From NCBI GenBank assembly GCA_047495785.1, contig JBLDXI010000013.1:1178001-1242000 (forward strand): a stretch of DNA of 64,000 nt, read 5' to 3'. Origin of the DNA: Lepidodermella squamata (taxonomy: Eukaryota; Animalia; Gastrotricha). The notes under the pieces were generated by a model. The model was not told where the DNA came from. It saw only the letters and a program-made list of their open reading frames with translations, and made no database searches. Position numbers and translations under genes: made by a program. Below, one piece after another: positions 50,721 through 63,152 of the stretch. How positions within the stretch are numbered: the first letter of the stretch is position 1; every line of letters begins with the position of its first letter.

Positions 50721-53700
50721 ATGACGGCTAGTCTTTCTTCACTTTGCCGAGGTTATGGATTTGTGGAGAGCGGAGGCCCGAAAGTAAAACTTCAGTCTTC
50801 GGTGAGCTTTTTTGAAATCAATTTAAGAAGTAATAATTATGTCACTGTCAACTCAGGAAATGGTTTTGCTTCAAAGCTCTCTCGATCGGAAAGCATCGGT
50901 GAAACGGAGCAGACAAACCCGACGGCGTGCACAGCTGCCTCAAACATTTTCAACTAGACGCGGATTAATGCTTCTATATCCAAATAGTCTATTGCAGAAA
51001 AAAGCGCTAGGGGACAAAGCAGATCTAGATGAACTCGAAGCTTCCTTACTATCGGAATCTAATTTTTTCTCCGCTGAATTTGAGAGATGGGCCAACACAG
51101 TGTTACGTCCTCCTAAGGATGACTCGTCATCTTCAGAGAGTGATGGTGACTCCTTTGATCAATCCAGCGAAAAGCAAAATACTTCTCAAAATACGTTGCC
51201 AATGCTGCTTTCCGCAGAAGATATAATTTCCTCTAATTCTCGCAAAAACAAGAAGATAAGACCAGGTCTATCCGCTCGACGATATTTGATCAATCTGGCA
51301 GAGGGTGCAGAATCTAGACTGAATTGCAACTGGAAAGGCAAAGGTCAGTTTTAAGCATTAATTTTATTGTAAAAGACATAATTGTTGAATACTTGTTTAA
51401 GCTGAGTAATGGGTGAGCAGTAAGTCTAGTAAGAATATTTTTTGTATTGCTATTGAGTTTTTATTTTATTTGCGCACGTTGCCATTTGCCAACATATTGA
51501 TTTGAGTTCTTAATTGATTGGTTGATAGTTTTAAAGTTGCCAATCTTTCAGGTTATGTGGCTGATTCGACTTTCTTCGAAGCGAATGCAGCTAATCCCAC
51601 GCTGAAGCGGAAAGTGAAAGCCGATTTATCGGAAATGCCTGAACCTTACAGTTTATCGCACTTCCTATTATCATCGCTGCCGCTTCATGTCTATGATTAT
51701 TCTCTACCGCTGTTGAATGAGGACGACTACATTGACATTTTCCCTGAAAAAGAAAAAGACGAATCAAGCGACAAGCCTCTTGATTCAGCAAAAGCAATAG
51801 AATCAAAGGAAAAGTTGCCTACTATCAAAAAAGCCGTCGATTATGCAAAACTGACGCTTGAAGCCAAACGTGCTTTATTGGTTGATCGCCTGATCAAAGC
51901 TGCGATTTCGATGGCCATCAGGAAGCATAAAGAGTTATTTGAGACGTTCTTGCGAAGCCAAGCAGTCGTAAACGATAGTAACGGAGAAAAGAATAGAAGA
52001 TTATCAAAATTGGACGACTCAGGAGCGGATGAAATGCGGCCTGCGCCATGGAATGACTTCAACGATATACTAGCGGCTATTGCTGCGGAACAAGAATTTA
52101 GTCGGAATAAGGCCAAAGCAAAAATCAGAGGTCGCCAAACCAAGTATGACGGAAATCCTGACACATATACCGCTCCGTTTTCTACCTATTTGAGACCTCG
52201 TCTCTTGGGAGGCGCGAAACCAAGTGTTTCGTTTCAAAAATTTGCTTCATCCAATCCCCGTACTAGCATACCTGAGACAGAAAAGTGGGGCATCCCTCAG
52301 AGGCACGAAGAAACGTATTATCGAGACCCTGGTAACCTGTTGAATGGTAGCGCTGATTTTCTTGGCGACGAAGATGAAGAATTAGTAGCACCGGAGCTGA
52401 TTAATTATGGAACTTATTCTACGGCAACAGGCGACCTCAAAAGTGACTTGCCATCAAATTTGAGCGAAGAGGAACAGCGCGAGGCGAACGCGGCCCCTAA
52501 TGATCCTGGCTCGATAATCACTCGAATTTTCGCCCAAGGTTCTTCGCCTGCGATGAAACGAATCCTCGAAAGCATTCCTGCCGAAGTATTCGAAGCAGTG
52601 GAAGACGATTTAGTGACAAATCTCGCAAAGCACGCGGATAGAATTGCGAAAACAGTTTTGGCTAAACCTGGTAATGGCAAAAATTTGGACAAGGACACAA
52701 AAGTTGCGCTTGATATGTGGACCAAGTTCTTGCTTGAGCCAATTCCACACCCACCGACTGTGAGTAGTAAGAAGCCAACTCCGATGAGTCGCGACTTTTC
52801 AAAAAGCTTCGGTGCGTCATTTTCTCCTAGTGGCGCGGACTCTGGGCGAACCGGGTCTAATGCGAATGTACCGCGTGAACACATCGATGATCAACAGAAA
52901 ATGCGTCTACCTGACGTAAAACACCACGTCCAAGCGTTAGACTTCAAAACACCGCTTGATTCACCGCATGACAAACAAGAAGAAACTACGCCAAAATCTT
53001 CGTCGCGAACCGTTTTTACGCGAGAGTTCAAAGGTGCGTTTGACTCTACGGTTGAACACCCCGTTCCCTCGAGCCGAGAATCTCATCATCCTAGCCGAAG
53101 TAGCCCGAAAACGAAGGAGCGATCCGAGCCTAGTCGAGGGCAATCCACAAGCCAATCGCGTCAAAGCCGAGATGAGCCGTCGAAACCATTTCACCACGGC
53201 AGATCTGAGCCAACTTTTGATTCGTATCTTGGAGGAGAGTATTCGTCGAATGAGCACAAAAAAGTGTCGACGCCACCTAAGCAAAACATCGGAGCTGATC
53301 TCTTTAAAGATTACCAAGCTAATTCGACTCATTCCCAGAGTAAAGAGTCGCATCGCCCTGAAAACGCAAAGCTTGACAATAAATCTGATCAAAAGTTTGT
53401 CGGAAATGAACATTTTGATAAATCCCAGAGTCACCATGAGAAAGCTGCAGTTCCACATCAAACCGCCTCTTCAATTCACTCGAAAAACGTCGCCCCTGTT
53501 CAATACTCTGATTCTTCACAGTCTTCACCTAAGCAGACGCCCCCTGAAAGCCATCAAGTTGAGTCGATTCATCACCAAGCGAAAGAACAAGCGGCGCCGA
53601 CTGGTAGCATGCCGAAGATCCCAGCCAAGTTTACTCGCCCGGTGTTGTTGGGGGTCTCCGACGAAAAACCAGTGTCTCAAATGGAAAACGAAGACGATGA

Positions 53701-55887
53701 AAACGCATCCTCAGATAATGCCGAAAAAGCCGCCGCTTCGAAGCCGAAAGATCAAAAAGCTACGAAAGACAAAAAACAAACGAAGCAACCCGTATCTAAG
53801 CAGGACAGTTATTTAGATTCTGTGAGAGAAGAAAATTTCGATTCTGGAGATGAGCTAACTCAGGATCAGAAGCAGAAAGGCGGCAAGTCGCGGCCGCCGA
53901 AAGCGGGTGGTCCATCAAAATCGAAACAGCCGCTAAAGAAAATGGATTCATCGGCGTCAAATGTCAGCTCAGTTGATTACACTGAAGATGACGAGGAGGA
54001 GCAGGCCGAAGTTCAGCCTAAACAAAAGCAAAAAGCTGTGAAAGCTGCTCCGAAGCAAAAATTAGGGCCAACTTTATCGATTAAATCCGATATAAGTGAA
54101 CGATCTGAGGAGGGAGAGCATGGAGATGAGTCATCCAGGACGAAGAAACCTGCGCCGCCTAAGAAGAAACCGATTGCAGCTCAAAAATCGAGGGCTATTT
54201 CGCGGCAGCATTCCGACGATGAAGAGGAAGTCATTTTGGATGACCATACTGACGGCACACAAACAACTCATAAGCAGCCGAAAAAGCAAGCGGTGCATCG
54301 AACCGAATCGAAGGGCGTTTCGAGAGGCGGCAAGGCGAAAGGTCATGGCAATGACGGCGATTTCGAAATAAATCTTGACCATATTGGCGAGGAAGGTTTA
54401 GGTGGCGATGGTAAACATCCTAAGGGTAAAAAGGAAAAGAAGCACAAGGAGAAGAAAGAGAAACCATTCATCACCGGCATGCCCGAGGAGCAGAAGGCAA
54501 ACTTTCTGGAAGGCGACGGAGCTAAGAAGAAAAAGGGCAAGAAAGGCAAGAAAAAGAAGGAGAAGGAAGAAGGCGACCAGGAGGGTGATCAGCCTGTAGA
54601 GGGTGAACAGGGTGACCAGGAGGGTGAGGGTAGCGGGTCCGATTCTTCCGATGAACATCTTGTCTTGGAAGGGGCTGTTGATGTTCAAGTCAACTTCAAA
54701 CGTGGCAAGAAAACCATAGTAGCAGGCCAGCCTCGTCGGAAGCCCTCGAAGCAGGCTGGGGCAGCTGCTCAGGAAGAAGATGTGCTGGTTGAAGATGTTA
54801 AACCTGATTCAACCGCAAGCCTTAGGAAAACGATAGCTACAAAAGAGTCGACAGAGCCTGACTTTATTTTCGTAGCTCGAAGCCCATCGAAATCGCCGAC
54901 TAAGCTTAGCATGAAAGGGCAGAGCGTGGTTGAGGAAGCTCAGCCAGAGTCTACTCCGGTGCCCGAAGGTACCGAGTCCATTGGCGATGAGTCGACTGGA
55001 TTTGTACCGGAACCTGTTGCTTTAGTTGCTGTTTCTCGCGACGAGTTGATTAAAAAGCGTCGCGAGGCCGTTGAAGCGAAGCGGCGAGAGCGGCAACTTC
55101 AGTTGGAGGAAGAAAGGCGAATAGCCGAGGAAGAAGCGAGTCGGAAGGACGAAATTCAGCGTGAAATTGAGAAAGAGGCGAAAGCGATCGAAGACGCTGC
55201 GAGGGCTGAATTCGACCGAAAATTGATGGAGAAGCAAATTGAGGAGGAAGAAGAAGCGTTCAGAGCCGCTGAAACCGAGCGGCAAGAGCAATTCGGAAGC
55301 TTCGTTGCTGATCAGGAAAAAGTCAAATTGGACGAATTTAAAATCAAATTCCAAGAAGAGCTAAAGCGGCGGAGAAGTGAGTTTTCAATTTTCCTTATTG
55401 AAAACTTATTTTTTTTAATATATTTTCAGCGTCTCGAGCTTTGCGAAGGTTTGACTCTAACGCAGTCGAGGGAATGCAGGCGTTTGGTCTTTGGCTAACT
55501 GACGAGGCTGTAATGGCAACTGTAAATTTTACTCATTTTTTTATCAATTTTGAAAAAATATAATTTTCGCAGGTTGTTGACGACGGAAATGAGGAACTTG
55601 AAGAGACAGGTGGGCCTAAACGCCAGTCGATGTTGGCTCACAAAGAAATGATGGCAGCAAGACGTCGGCAGGCAGAGTTGGAACGCAAAACACTTTTGAT
55701 GGGCTATCAACGCCTAACAGCATCAGCTTTAGCGCGGAGAAAGTTGTTCGCGCGACGCTTGGAACACTGGGGCTTGATGAATCATCAGTTCCGGCTCACT
55801 CGCGCTTTTGTCTGGTCTTACTTTTCTCTGCTGCAATGGCTGCGTTTCGACGCTGATAACGAAAAGCTGCCAACAATTGACAAATAA
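50721..55887 (+). CDS. KIAA2012-like (DUF4670) large low-complexity/coiled-coil protein
   Basis: N-terminal LSSLCRGYG and LPQTFSTRRGLMLLY, C-terminal coiled coil and LTRAFVWSYF. These resemble KIAA2012 LSLLSRGHG, PKTFSTRKGALILY and SRPWVYSYF as recalled from memory. Five exons join in frame. Confidence 0.68.
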
Positions 55888-56089
55888 TAAACAAAAAATA
55901 CCCGTGACATAAATTTTGTGATTGTTTATTGAATATATTAATTCGTCTTCCCCGCTGTGATTTTTTTCCTCCTTTCAAGCCTTTAGCTGACAACAAATTT
56001 TATCATTACTTTCATGACTATTACGTGCCATTTTGTACTATTTTTGAATCACTCGTTTTCATCGTCAAAAATAAAGATTCGTAATTTTT

Positions 56090-59000
56090 CTAAAGATTAG
56101 TCTTGCGATGACTCGGGTAAAGGTTGATTTCCATGTTGAGGTGATCGCCGAGTTTGTAATTCTTCTCAAACTGGCAATCTTCGCCTTCGTTGCGGTGATT
56201 GAAACGGCGCGTAGGTACCAACGAATATTGGCTAGCCGATTCGCCGAACCCGCTTCGGCTGATGATGAGGTAATCAGATTCAATCAGCATCAACCAGTCG
56301 GTGAATGAACGCACGTGATCCATCCACATTTCTTCTTTCTTCTTGGGTGAGAGGAATCTGGAACCAGGAATCAATAGTTAGGTTTTTGATATCCAAAGTC
56401 TGAACTTTACCTGTAAGCCCCACGATTTGTTCGATCGATATGAGTTGGAGCCTTGTGAACAGCATCGCTGAGAGCTGGAATGTCAGCCTCGGCGAAATGG
56501 TCCAGCAGTTCAGCTGTCGCTCCTTCGCTATCACTGGTAACGAAAACCATCGGCCTTTGAATCCGCTCTTCCTTGATCAGGTTCATTGCCTCTTCGAAGT
56601 AACATTTAATCTGATCCGCCGACACTCGAGCTTCCTCTTGCCATTCCGGCTTCTCCATGCGAAGTTGAATGCCGATTCGGGTCGACTCGCGCCAATTCGG
56701 TTTCGTCGGGCCCATCGCCACCAGTCGCTTGTACTCTTCCTGAAGCTGCTCAACCGGCTCGTTGAAAATGACACGAAGGGCAGCCGATACTAAAATGGCG
56801 TTCGTAATCTTCTCAGGTGATCGTATGTAACCAGGAAATTCTCCGAGAATCTCGCAAACATCGGCTTTGTAGACCTTATTCTGCACGGCCCCTCGAAGCC
56901 CGTATAGGGAATTCGTCATAACAGCAACGCGATCGGCTGGCTCACGGGAAATCATAGAAGAGAACAGGAATAGCTGCTGTTCAGCAGCAGCGTCCATGTA
57001 ATCAACCTTGGATCGCCGGGATTCGTTCAAAGCTTTCTCGTATTTAGACTCAGAAACGCCGTAGAAAGCTGCATTAGTTCTGTAGTATTTACCCATCTCG
57101 AGGGGCAGGATCCAATGGTTGTTGAAAATTCGGTTGCTCAGCATGCCAGTGTATAACATCGAAACGAGACCTGTTGAGAAACGAAGAGCGATGTTAAGAA
57201 ATTTTAGATTTCAAATGTCTACCTCTTGATCGATCTCCAAAGCCACCGCAATAAATTCTCTCGTCTTCGCAATTATATTCGATGAACTACAGGTATAAAT
57301 AAAATCAGGTGAAACAATCGGGTAAAACAGTTAAATTTTCTAACCTTTGTTTTCTTGCAATTAGCAGCGAAATGATCGTGCACTCTCTTCTTGTAATTTC
57401 TCATCAACCAATCCGTGAGCTCGACAGCGAGTTGCTTGTCCTCAGGTGCGCCAGGTTCAGACGTCGCCAGTTTGAACTTGCAGGTGTTCTGTTCAGTCAC
57501 AGGTAACGGAGAGCCGTCCATGCATCTTACGTCGCCTTGTTCTGCTTCCTCTTTCAATGGTTCAGCGGGTTCCACTTTTCGCTTGGTCTCTTCGGTGGCA
57601 GCAGAATCATCTTTCGCAACTTCGTCGTGCTGTTTGATTTCGGGCGCTTCTTGCGATGCAGATTCCGCTTTGGGTTGAGCAAGTGGCTCGGCCGGGTCCA
57701 ATTCTGCGGGAATGGCGATGTTGGCAGGCTGTGTCAATTTCGCCGATTTCTTGGCTTCAGCAGCAGTGCGAGGGGCGATTTCCGAATCTTTTCGTGGATT
57801 CAACTTCGAAGCCTTCGGCCTCTTCTCCTGGCTATTTTGGTCCGTGATATGGTCGTTGCTCAGCTTTTTCGAACTTGGCTGTTCACGAGTCTTCTTGTGG
57901 GCAATCGTTTTCCCTTCGGTCGAATCAGCAGTAGCAGCTACCTTGGTTTCGACAATTTGAACCATCTTTTTGCGCGATTCACTCTGGGTTGCACTTTTCT
58001 TAACGCTTTCGATAGATGCCGAGGCAGCTGTAATTTCTGGCTTCGCTTCAGCGTCCATGTCGTCAACTCGATTCCGGGTGACCACTTGTTTGACAGCGCG
58101 ATCTTCTTGCTTCAACGATTCAACCTTATCAACCGAGTGATGCGTCTTTTTAAGGCTGAATTTCGAAGACGAATGCTGATGAGATTTGCTTGAAGTGATC
58201 ACCTGTTCTGCTTCATTTGCCGTTTCCGTCGAAGCATCGTGCTTCTCCTCGTTCTTCGCAACGGATTTCAATGAAGACATCGACTTTACTACTTTTTTCG
58301 GAAATTTCAGCTGACCATCCGGACCGATTGGCGACTCGTGTTTCAAACGGTTCAGGCGATTATGCTGTTTGGGATGGTTGAGTTGAGCCGAATGAGGTTG
58401 AGCTCCAACTTTTTCCGATTTTTCCCTCGTGTTCTCGGCCAACACCTTTCGCTCGAAAAAGCTCTTCGCTTTTGTTTCATGCTTCTCTTCTGAATTCTTT
58501 TCAATTCGGCTGATCAACTTTTCATGTTCGCCATTTCGTTGACGATCAGAGTGAGGGTGCTGATGAGCGTTATTTGCAGCAACTTTGCCCGTTTTGTGAT
58601 GACTTTTGATGCCAGAAAAAGGAAGCTGACCTTGAGGGCCGATAGGCGAGTCCTTCTGCTGTTTCCTTTGATGGTTCTGCATTTGACGAGAAACTTCAGG
58701 AACAACTCTTTTAGCGGCCGAACCGTCGTTGTTATTTCTAGCCATAACCTTCTTTTCGAAGAAGCTCTTAGATTTGGCCGCAGGACCATTCAGCCCGACG
58801 GTTTCCTCGTACTCTTTATCCAAGGCATAATATTGCCCCTCGCTTTCAATAGCACCTGGTTTTGGTTCGTTTCCAGCAGGCATCTGGCCCATTTCCTGAT
58901 TGATCTGCTTCAAAGTAGGTAATTCTGGATTCTGCTGTTTCGCCAAAACTCTCCGCTCGAAAAAGCTTTTCCGCTTATTCTCCTCCGAAGTCAGCAAACG

Positions 59001-59372
59001 TTCAACAACTCCGGCTGATTCTTTCGGGGCTGTAATTTCAACCGGAGCCTCAACGGGTTTGCTGTCACCGCCAACCGACCACGGTCGTTTGAAGCCGGGT
59101 AAATCGCCGGTTGGCTGAGGAATTCGAGCAACTGACGAGCCATCGACTTCAACAAGCTTCTGCTGATCTTGCTGGCTAAACACCCTAGCAGCTGTCTTTG
59201 GCGAGCTCGACTGCAGCGTATTTTCAGTGGCCAAAAGGCTTGGCACGAATAGAGCTACTACGCCACCCAGTAAAATCAGCGACAACACTTTGAAAGGCTT
59301 CGAGGTCCACCATCGATACGATCGAAGTTTAAGGCGACCGCTCGAAGAATCGTGAGCACTACTGTTATTCAT
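56090..59372 (-). CDS. Type II fucosyltransferase-superfamily protein with very long repetitive stem, copy 4
   Basis: TM VLSLILLGGVVALFVPSLLA; ~600-aa low-complexity stem; YCGGFGDRSR|G; RIGIQLRMEK; VFVTSDS; HIDR; DWLMLIESDYLIISRSGFGESA. Confidence 0.8.
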
Positions 59373-59787
59373 AACGTTATCGAAAATGAAACGAATAAAA
59401 GTGATTGAATAACTGCATATCTCCGGTTGATTCGCGTGCTGGAACGCGTGTTCGGACACATCATCATAAATAAAAAACAACTCAATAATGAAATTTTAGG
59501 TTTTTTATTTTCTGCAGCTCTTTTGTTTCACGATTTCCGTTATAAATAAAAAAATTTATATTTTTGGTGATTAATCGAAAATGAAAACCTCATCTAACAA
59601 CAACATTGCTATTGAGAGAATATATTTACAAGAAGCATGGCTGAAAAATCGAGAACCACAACAAAAATGAGACGACCACGCGACACATGACAATAATCGA
59701 GTCGAACCAAATTGCATAATTTTTCTGAGAATAACACACACACGGCGCGATTTTAGGCACAAGGAAGCGAGTCGCCGCCATCGCTGC

Positions 59788-62700
59788 TCATAGCGAACTT
59801 GTCTTCTTCGACGCAATGGGCGCCGCACCGCCAGTGGTTTTCACAACAGTCGCGTGACGAACAGCGCCCGGAACAGGCAGCGAGATGACACCCGGCTGTG
59901 ATGTTTGCGAGGGCGCAGGCGAGGGCGTGAACGAAGCGGCCTGCTGTTGTTGTTGAACAGCCGCGAAGTGATAGTAATCTTGGCGCGCTAGAAGTTGCTG
60001 CGACGATGGCGAAAATTCGCGCACTTCGCAGTCGGCCTCGCCTTGCACGCGAGCCACGCCGCCGCTCGGAGTCGGGAAATCCGAAAACCATTCGAGAGAA
60101 TGCAACGACACGTTGTCGCGACGAGGGCTGCCATTCATAACAGCGGCATTGGGAGACTAAAAGAAAATAAAAACACACATTAGAAAAATGTGAAAATTCC
60201 TCCTTAAAAAATAGCAGATCTAAAAAATGGAGTAAGAAAACTCACTCGAATGATAGTTTGCGGCAGACTAGTTTCCGAGTAGACGCGTCGCAATTTCGCC
60301 TCGTTGCTTTCGGTCGCAACATCAGACGGCCCCCAGTTGGCAGATGGCTGCTCGCCGTCGATGCCTACAGTGACGAGGTTGCAGTCAGAAATCGACAAGG
60401 CGCGGCTGAGGCGATTCGGTGAGGTCGCCGGCGCGTTTTCTGCCAGCGGAGACGAGGTAGATTTCGGCGCGTTGAGGTTCTTATTCGAAGACGACGGTCC
60501 GCCGAAAAAGCGGCCCTTTACAACCTGGCGGATAGGCGTGCCATTCGCGACTGAATGTGAGCCGTTCAAGTTGATCGAAGCTGTCGAGTGTTGTGTCGAG
60601 TTCAGACCGGTTAAACCAGAGCCGCTCGAGCCAGTGCCAACCATTGAATCAGTCGACAAGATCGACGTGTTAGTCGACAGTCCATTCAACGGAATTTTAA
60701 TCGAATTATCCGTCGATATACGGCGAAGCTGGCCATTCGACGACGGCGGGAGAGGCTGCCGGCGGTCGAAGAACGTGCCCATTTCAGCTCGAACCGGCGC
60801 AACTGAGGTTGACTCGATCGATGAATTGAGCTGGTTAGCGATGGGCGAGGTGATGCACGACGTGTCGGTCGAGTCGAATGAAATGTCACCGAAGGCGGCG
60901 TTCGACAACTTGCCGCTTGACTTGTCGTCGGGAATCGCGTCGTTCTGGCCAAGCGCTGGGCCGCGGAAAATAACCGACCCGGCAATAGATGACAAACCCG
61001 AAGATGAACCACGACGGCACTTCTCGGGCGAATCACCACCGCAATCAGACGAGACAGATTGAGCGCCGGACTGATGACCCTGGCTAGCAGACCCCGACAT
61101 CATTTGGCTCATTAAAATAGCCTGGCAGTTAACGTCAGAGTCAAAACGACGGTAAGAACTCGACTGGTAGTGATGCGGCGACGCGCCATCGCAGTTTTCA
61201 GGCACGATAGAGCCGAGCGGTTTAACGTAATTTTGTTGTTGCTGTTGGCTGGCCTTGGTACTGGTCGATTTCGACGACGATGTTGGTTTCGCTTTTTGAG
61301 GCTGAGTAATTTTCGTGGCATTGCGAACGTTGTAAATGTGCGGGCCAGAACCTGCTGACGTGTCGAGAACGTCGTTGATTGACGAGTGCGACGAATTCTG
61401 GCCGCCAGACGGGGCGCGAGGTTGTTGTTGCTGTTGCTGTTGTTGTTGTTGTTGCACCGGCACTTGAGCGGCGTTGTTCGGCGGCGGGATGCCGTACAGA
61501 TCCCATAATTCCTGATCGGTGACGGACGAAGGCGGGCGCTGGCCGCTAATCGAACTCGGCACGGGCGGTGAGATGTCGTTATTCGAGTTAAACGACGGCG
61601 GCTTAGAATCGCCCGTTTTCGACAGTGTCTTCTTAGCAGCGAAGCGTAACTCAGCCTGAGGCGCCGGCGGTTGAGCGGCGTTGGGCGCACCGCCAAGCAG
61701 CTTAAGATTTGGCGGCGGCATGCGTTGCTTGTCGACAAGCGCCGGGTCTTCGAGATTAAAAACATGATGGTGCGTCTAGAAAAATAGAAAAAAGAATGTT
61801 AATACAGCTACTAATAAAAACCGAAGCGAGGTCAAACTCTAAAAAACTAGGTCAAAGTAATTACCTTGGGCGAGGGCTGGTCAGCAGGGAATTCGGTTTC
61901 AACCATGCCAAGCGCTTGCATTTGTTGAAGATGCTGTTGCAAAACCATGTTCTGGTTGTGTCGGGCTTGTTTCGAAAGAGTCGACGAGTTGGCGACCGGC
62001 AGTTGCTGGTCAGCGTCTGAGAACGAGAAAGTCGAGGCCGACAACGCGTCACCGATCGAGCGTTGCTGGGCGTTCTGGTGGTAACCGCCACCGGCTTGAG
62101 ACTGGCCGCCGTACGCAGCGTAGTAATCGTTAGCCATGTTCAGCAGGTGACCCATGCCAGTATCGATCATGATTTGTTCGAGCGTCGAGCAGCGCTTGTT
62201 GACCGAGTCGATCTGCTGACGAAGGGCGCCGCATTCGTCTTGCAGCTGCTTGTGCTGCATGACTTTTCGCACCAAATCGGCGCTGATCTGCTGGAAATGG
62301 CGCTCGTACGTCTGGCGTTGTTCGGCCATTTCGCTGATCTGTTCGAGCAGCTGATTGCGTTCGACCTCGAGCTGGCCGATACGAGCCGTCGAAGCAGCGA
62401 ATTCGGGCTGAAAACGAGGCAAGTCAAAATCAATTAACGTAAACATCGCAGTAGGAGGTTACGAAATGACGAGAAATTCGCAACGGAAGCGGGGCACTAG
62501 ACGTTTAGAGAGGCATGCCCATGTTTGTACTACGCATAACGGGTGAGAGAGTAAATTTTGACCCTTTCCCGTGCCTAATGACAACATTCAACAGTCGCGC
62601 GCGGGAAATCGCTACGCACCTACCTCGCCGAGTAATGAAAATAAAATAATAACAATTGTAAAATCACGTACCCTTTGCCGCTGTTGCTGCTGTAACTTCA

Positions 62701-63152
62701 TGTTTTGCTGGCGAAGGTCGTTGTTCTCCTGCTCGAGATATGCCATACGATCGCGCATTTCGTTGATCATACCCTGAAAAGACAAAAGGGAAAACAAAAA
62801 TTAACAAAATTCACATGACTTGAAAGGTAAGTGGTAAAGCGCTGCTGAAATATTTACAGCAAACACCGTCTGGGCGCAGCGAAAAACCGCCACCTTACGC
62901 AAATAAGATAAGAAAACTTACGCGGTAGGCAGAAATCTCCTGCGAGTTTTGCTGCTGCTGTTGCTGTTGTTGATTGTTGAAAGACATTTGCGATTGGGAC
63001 GGTTGAACCTGACGGAAGCGTTTCAGCTCGCTCTCCATGCCGTTCATGTTGTGCTTTTGATTTTCGATTTCGACCATGCTTTGCTTAAGCATAACTTCTA
63101 CTTTCGAACGCTTTAACTTCTCCTCCTCGATTTCCTTATGCAGATTCAAATA
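59788..63152 (-). CDS. NCKAP5/NCKAP5L-like coiled-coil protein (5' end probably outside the window)
   Basis: EIEEEKLKR...; QRQTYERHFQQISADLVRKVMQHKQLQDECGALRQQI resembles NCKAP5 QRE.YERCLDEVAN.VVQALL.QKDLREEC..LK. Long Ser/Pro/Gln-rich remainder; five visible exons. Confidence 0.6.
61421..61455 (-). repeat. CAA/CAG polyglutamine tract within NCKAP5-like CDS
   Basis: (TTG/CTG)n run encoding about 11 Gln. Confidence 0.8.

Noticed and set aside
52956-53816. 286-aa alternative-frame ORF
   Set aside because: Off-frame overlap in the KIAA2012-like exon; explained by composition.
60304-61062. 252-aa plus-strand ORF
   Set aside because: Antisense to the NCKAP5-like exon; no independent evidence.
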